A DNA stretch of 46,957 nt, taken from a virus. Its lineage: Duplodnaviria; Caudoviricetes. A model generated the notes under the pieces. It was not told where the DNA came from. It saw only the letters and a program-made list of their open reading frames with translations, and did not search any database. A program made the translations under genes and the position numbers. This document shows, one piece after another, positions 44,049 through 46,957 of the stretch. Each line of letters starts with the position of its first letter. The stretch's first letter is position 1. Location: positions 1 to 46,957 of the IMG/VR virus record IMGVR_UViG_3300037424_000408, one strand, 5' to 3'.

Positions 44049-45703
44049 TATGCTAAATACCTCGCCTCAGGCATAGAGTCCATCACTTCCGTCACACTCC
44101 TCTGCTTGCTTTCTACATCATAGAATTCCAGATTGCAATCTTTTATTACGTCCTCGGAATACGCCAGCGCGTTCAGCGCGTCGTCGTGCCACACCGGGAA
44201 GTTCACCATCTCCATCCGAAGGCGGTCCAAGTAGGCGTTCGGGATATCGTCCGCGTAGAACCACTTCCCATTGTTCAGCGGCCACGAAAGAGCACCTTCG
44301 ATGAACTTTTTCTTATTCCTGCCGGCGGGCCGCAGCATCTTTCCGACCGTCCACGGCGAGTCGGAAAACTCCACGTGCCGGCCGTGGGCTTTCAGGGCCG
44401 CCGCGATGTGAAGATGCGTCGTCACCTGCCCAACCTGCTCCACGCCGAGCTTGTGGATGACGCCTCCGCGGGTGAACATACGGATGGCCTGCTCGATCGC
44501 CTCGGACTCGTTCGCCGGTTGCACCCAAAGGTCTTCAAGGAACCTCTTGGACTGGCCGATGTCGTCTTTGGCCGGTTCGATGCCGATGATGGCGATCGCC
44601 CACGAGTCCCCAGGGCCGGTCTTGTTGCTGGACTGGTCCCCCGCCTGGTCGATCAGCATCATGCGGAACCGGCCCTTGGGGATGAACGACCGGGAGATTC
44701 GATTCATATACTCGAAATTTAGTTTTTGATCGCTCTGCGGCGTGGGGTTGCAGAGTATCTGCGTGTTGAACCCCATCGTGCCTTTGAGGAAGTCGAACCG
44801 CTCCTGTGAAATCAACACCGGTCTGCCCGTGCCGGTTCCGTCATCCGACCCAGGCTTTAGGCGAATCGGGTATTGCACTTCCCCCGTGAGTGTTTTCTTG
44901 CCGCGGATGTACACGAGCGGGTCGTTGTGATGGTAGAACGTGCCGACGACGCGGTGATGCCCACCCTCTTTCCCGAGGTTCATCGCCACGTCGAACTTCT
45001 CTTTCACCTTCTCCATCATTTCCACGGAATTCTTGATGTCGTCGGTCACGATGTCGTCGAAGATCATCCGCTCGAAGTGCGCTCCGATCGGCATTCCCTC
45101 GATCAGTCCCCACGCCGACACAGTGGGTTCCGAGCGAGTGCTTGAGCGTTTAAGCACCAACCCCTCGTCCGACCACAGCGGCGCGTCCCGCTCGCAGTTG
45201 GCCCACACGACTTCCGGGAAGCACGCCTTTACCAACTCCGATGTCTGGAACACGCCCCGGATCGAATCCATGAATTTTTTCGCCGCCGGCCGGGTGTGCG
45301 AAAATATCCCGGTCGCCGCCTCGGGATTCGCGAGGATGAACTGGATGGTTTCCGCCTTCGTGATGATCGTGCTCTTGTAGTGCTCACGCGCCCAGACATC
45401 GAGCGTCATGCTTTTCGGGCCGTCCTCCACCTCCCGGCACGCATTCACCACGAACGGATGATTCGTCTTGTTCTTCCCGGCCTCGTCCGCCCATGGCCGC
45501 ATCACGAAGTACACCACGAACCACAAATCGTCCAGGATCAGCGACCGCAGGAGGGATGCTTCGACCACTCGCGGGTCGGCCTTCTCGTTCGGCTTACTGG
45601 CGTCCGTGATCCCCAACTTCGCGTTCGCCACCAGCGTCTCATAGGGCCACTTGTACGCGCAGTCCGGGCGCGGAACGAAGTCCACGCTGGCGATCGAGAT
45701 CAA
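44048..45703 (-). CDS. terL: terminase large subunit
   Basis: AREHYKST (Walker A variant), GAHF...IFDDIV (Walker B), VGT.YH..D, C-terminal FP..HDD.L.AL nuclease motif; TTGA-coupled start inferred. Confidence 0.9.
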   Translation of the reverse strand: MISIASVDFVPRPDCAYKWPYETLVANAKLGITDASKPNEKADPRVVEASLLRSLILDDLWFVVYFVMRPWADEAGKNKTNHPFVVNACREVEDGPKSMTLDVWAREHYKSTIITKAETIQFILANPEAATGIFSHTRPAAKKFMDSIRGVFQTSELVKACFPEVVWANCERDAPLWSDEGLVLKRSSTRSEPTVSAWGLIEGMPIGAHFERMIFDDIVTDDIKNSVEMMEKVKEKFDVAMNLGKEGGHHRVVGTFYHHNDPLVYIRGKKTLTGEVQYPIRLKPGSDDGTGTGRPVLISQERFDFLKGTMGFNTQILCNPTPQSDQKLNFEYMNRISRSFIPKGRFRMMLIDQAGDQSSNKTGPGDSWAIAIIGIEPAKDDIGQSKRFLEDLWVQPANESEAIEQAIRMFTRGGVIHKLGVEQVGQVTTHLHIAAALKAHGRHVEFSDSPWTVGKMLRPAGRNKKKFIEGALSWPLNNGKWFYADDIPNAYLDRLRMEMVNFPVWHDDALNALAYSEDVIKDCNLEFYDVESKQRSVTEVMDSMPEARYLA

Positions 45704-45894
45704 TGCGAGGCCGCCTTGCAGGATCGAAGAAGGGATTCCAACGCTTCCGCTCCCCGCAACAGAGAGATCGCATCGGTACTCGTGTTGCTGCGGCACACGC
45801 TTTTCGCGAGAAGGACCACTTGCGCGGCGACCAACACCGCCTCTTTCGGGACCTTCGCGTAACCGAGGCGCGACATGATATACCCAAAGATCAA
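45700..45894 (-). CDS. hypothetical protein
   Basis: Coupled by TTGA overlaps on both sides. Confidence 0.45.
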   Translation of the reverse strand: MIFGYIMSRLGYAKVPKEAVLVAAQVVLLAKSVCRSNTSTDAISLLRGAEALESLLRSCKAASH

Positions 45895-46079
45895 TGCGTG
45901 CCCTCCCGCGGCGGCATTTCATCCGCAGTAAAATCCGTCAACCCCCGCACCCCGATGAACCCCAACGGCACCTCCACGACATCGCACCCATCGCATATCT
46001 CGTTCAGTGCCATCGTCATCCCCGATACGTCGTCAGAGAACGGAAACAGCGACTCGAACGGCGGGAGATGCGCCATCAC
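45891..46079 (-). CDS. hypothetical protein
   Basis: GTGA-coupled to the upstream zinc-finger gene. Confidence 0.4.
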   Translation of the reverse strand: MMAHLPPFESLFPFSDDVSGMTMALNEICDGCDVVEVPLGFIGVRGLTDFTADEMPPREGTH

Positions 46080-46381
46080 CGCACCCAATCGAACAACTGC
46101 GCCGTACCGCAATTCGCACAATGAAAGTGCCCCCGCAAAATCACAAAGAACTCACCGCCACACCCGCATCGCCAAATCTCTTTCCCGTCCTCCGGCAAGC
46201 ACGGCGCTACGAAGATCCCCTTCTCCGCCTTGCACGAAGGGCACTCCATCCACGGCTGCGGATTGTCCGTGACCGGCGACACCGCCATCCACCGATGACC
46301 ACAACCGATGCACTTCGCCCAACCCGAAAGATGCGGAATTTTTTCTTCGCGCCGCTCAGAAAGAGAAACGACCGCGCCCAT
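46076..46381 (-). CDS. multi-CxxC zinc-finger protein
   Basis: CIGCGHRW, ECPSC, WRCGCG, CANCG. Confidence 0.7.
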   Translation of the reverse strand: MGAVVSLSERREEKIPHLSGWAKCIGCGHRWMAVSPVTDNPQPWMECPSCKAEKGIFVAPCLPEDGKEIWRCGCGGEFFVILRGHFHCANCGTAQLFDWVR

Positions 46382-46719
46382 CAGGCAAGGATCGAAAATC
46401 TTGAATTGTGAGAAGAAAGGGAATCCAGAAAAATTGCGCGCGCCCAAGAAGGGGACTTACCCATGATTATTTTTCCCCTCGATCCGGGCCATCCCCCCCG
46501 GGGCCCGGACCGAACCAGGGCCGCACCCGCACAGCATCGCAAGGGCTATCGACATTCGCCCGCCGTCCTTACGATTCCGTCAGAGTGGGTTTCGGGCATC
46601 GTCAAACCCTCGTAGCTTCTGATAATTAAATATTATGTCAAATAGCAAATACATTATTGTTTAATACTTTCGGTGGTTTACTTAAACCCACTTCTCCGAG
46701 TGCCATATCGGCACGGTAA

Positions 46720-46957
46720 TTATATCCCATCGCCATCGAATATCGCATCCGGTGGGTTTGATGCCCTGTTTCCGGGCATTGGCGTGACATCGACCGCCGG
46801 CGGATCGGAAGCCCCAGGAAGGGCCATACTGCCCAGGTTGATGGTGACGAACGACAACGAAGGGCCAGACTCGAACTCCGATCGTTTCGGATGCGACCTA
46901 TCGAGCACAGTTTCGGCCGCTCGTAGGACCGTCGAATCCTTAATTTCCTTTATCTCT
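46720..46957 (-). CDS. C-terminal part of a possible terminase small subunit (runs off the right edge)
   Basis: Frame stays open to the window edge: ...EIKDSTVLRAAETVLDRSHPK...; position upstream of terL. Confidence 0.45.
   Translation of the reverse strand, partial: EIKEIKDSTVLRAAETVLDRSHPKRSEFESGPSLSFVTINLGSMALPGASDPPAVDVTPMPGNRASNPPDAIFDGDGI

Larger units (their letters stand above)
1..46957. mobile_element. P22-like tailed phage/prophage (partial; both ends truncated)
   Basis: Terminase-portal-scaffold-coat-adaptor-hub-ejection-tailspike-lysin order on the - strand, converging on a + strand early/replication operon; dense ATGA/GTGA/TTGA gene coupling. Confidence 0.97.

Noticed and set aside
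15155-45862. Many long + strand ORFs opposite the late genes (e.g. 15995-17608, 35083-36321, 41507-42781)
   Set aside because: Antisense shadows expected in high-GC3 DNA; no RBS or recognisable motifs. Only the HNH at 37344-38084 is credible
46613-46641. Late promoter in the AT-rich gap upstream of the terminase region
   Set aside because: TTGACA is present on the - strand but there is no convincing -10 box at 16-18 nt
1-46957. Window being a complete circular genome
   Set aside because: Joining the ends would give the left HTH ORF a TAG stop, but would cut off the right-edge ORF upstream; no terminal repeat or integrase is visible

Overview
The whole window is a GC-rich, P22-like (podovirus-type) tailed phage or prophage, cut at both ends. 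Bases ~300-10513 (+ strand) are an early operon: Sak4-like ATPase, SSB-like protein, a duplicated HNH, a pentapeptide-repeat protein, a replication initiator, a C5 DNA methyltransferase with an overlapping second-frame subunit, and many small genes. Bases 10522-46957 (- strand) are the late operon: terminase, portal, scaffold, P22-type coat, adaptor, gp10-like hub, accessory structural genes, ejection proteins, tailspike, GH108 endolysin and lysis genes. The main points of interest are: (1) two identical solitary type I-C CRISPR repeats in the early operon (RNA anti-CRISPR candidates), one directly upstream of an Acb2/Tad1-like gene; (2) a glycosyltransferase, three radical SAM enzymes (two cobalamin-binding) and a GNAT inside the morphogenesis operon, suggesting a virion-modification system; (3) Sec-like signal peptides on the tailspike and other structural-operon proteins; (4) a scaffold-like C-terminal motif shared by three small head-region proteins. 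No integrase, cas gene, tRNA or rRNA was recognised. All family calls come from motifs recognised by eye, not from database searches.
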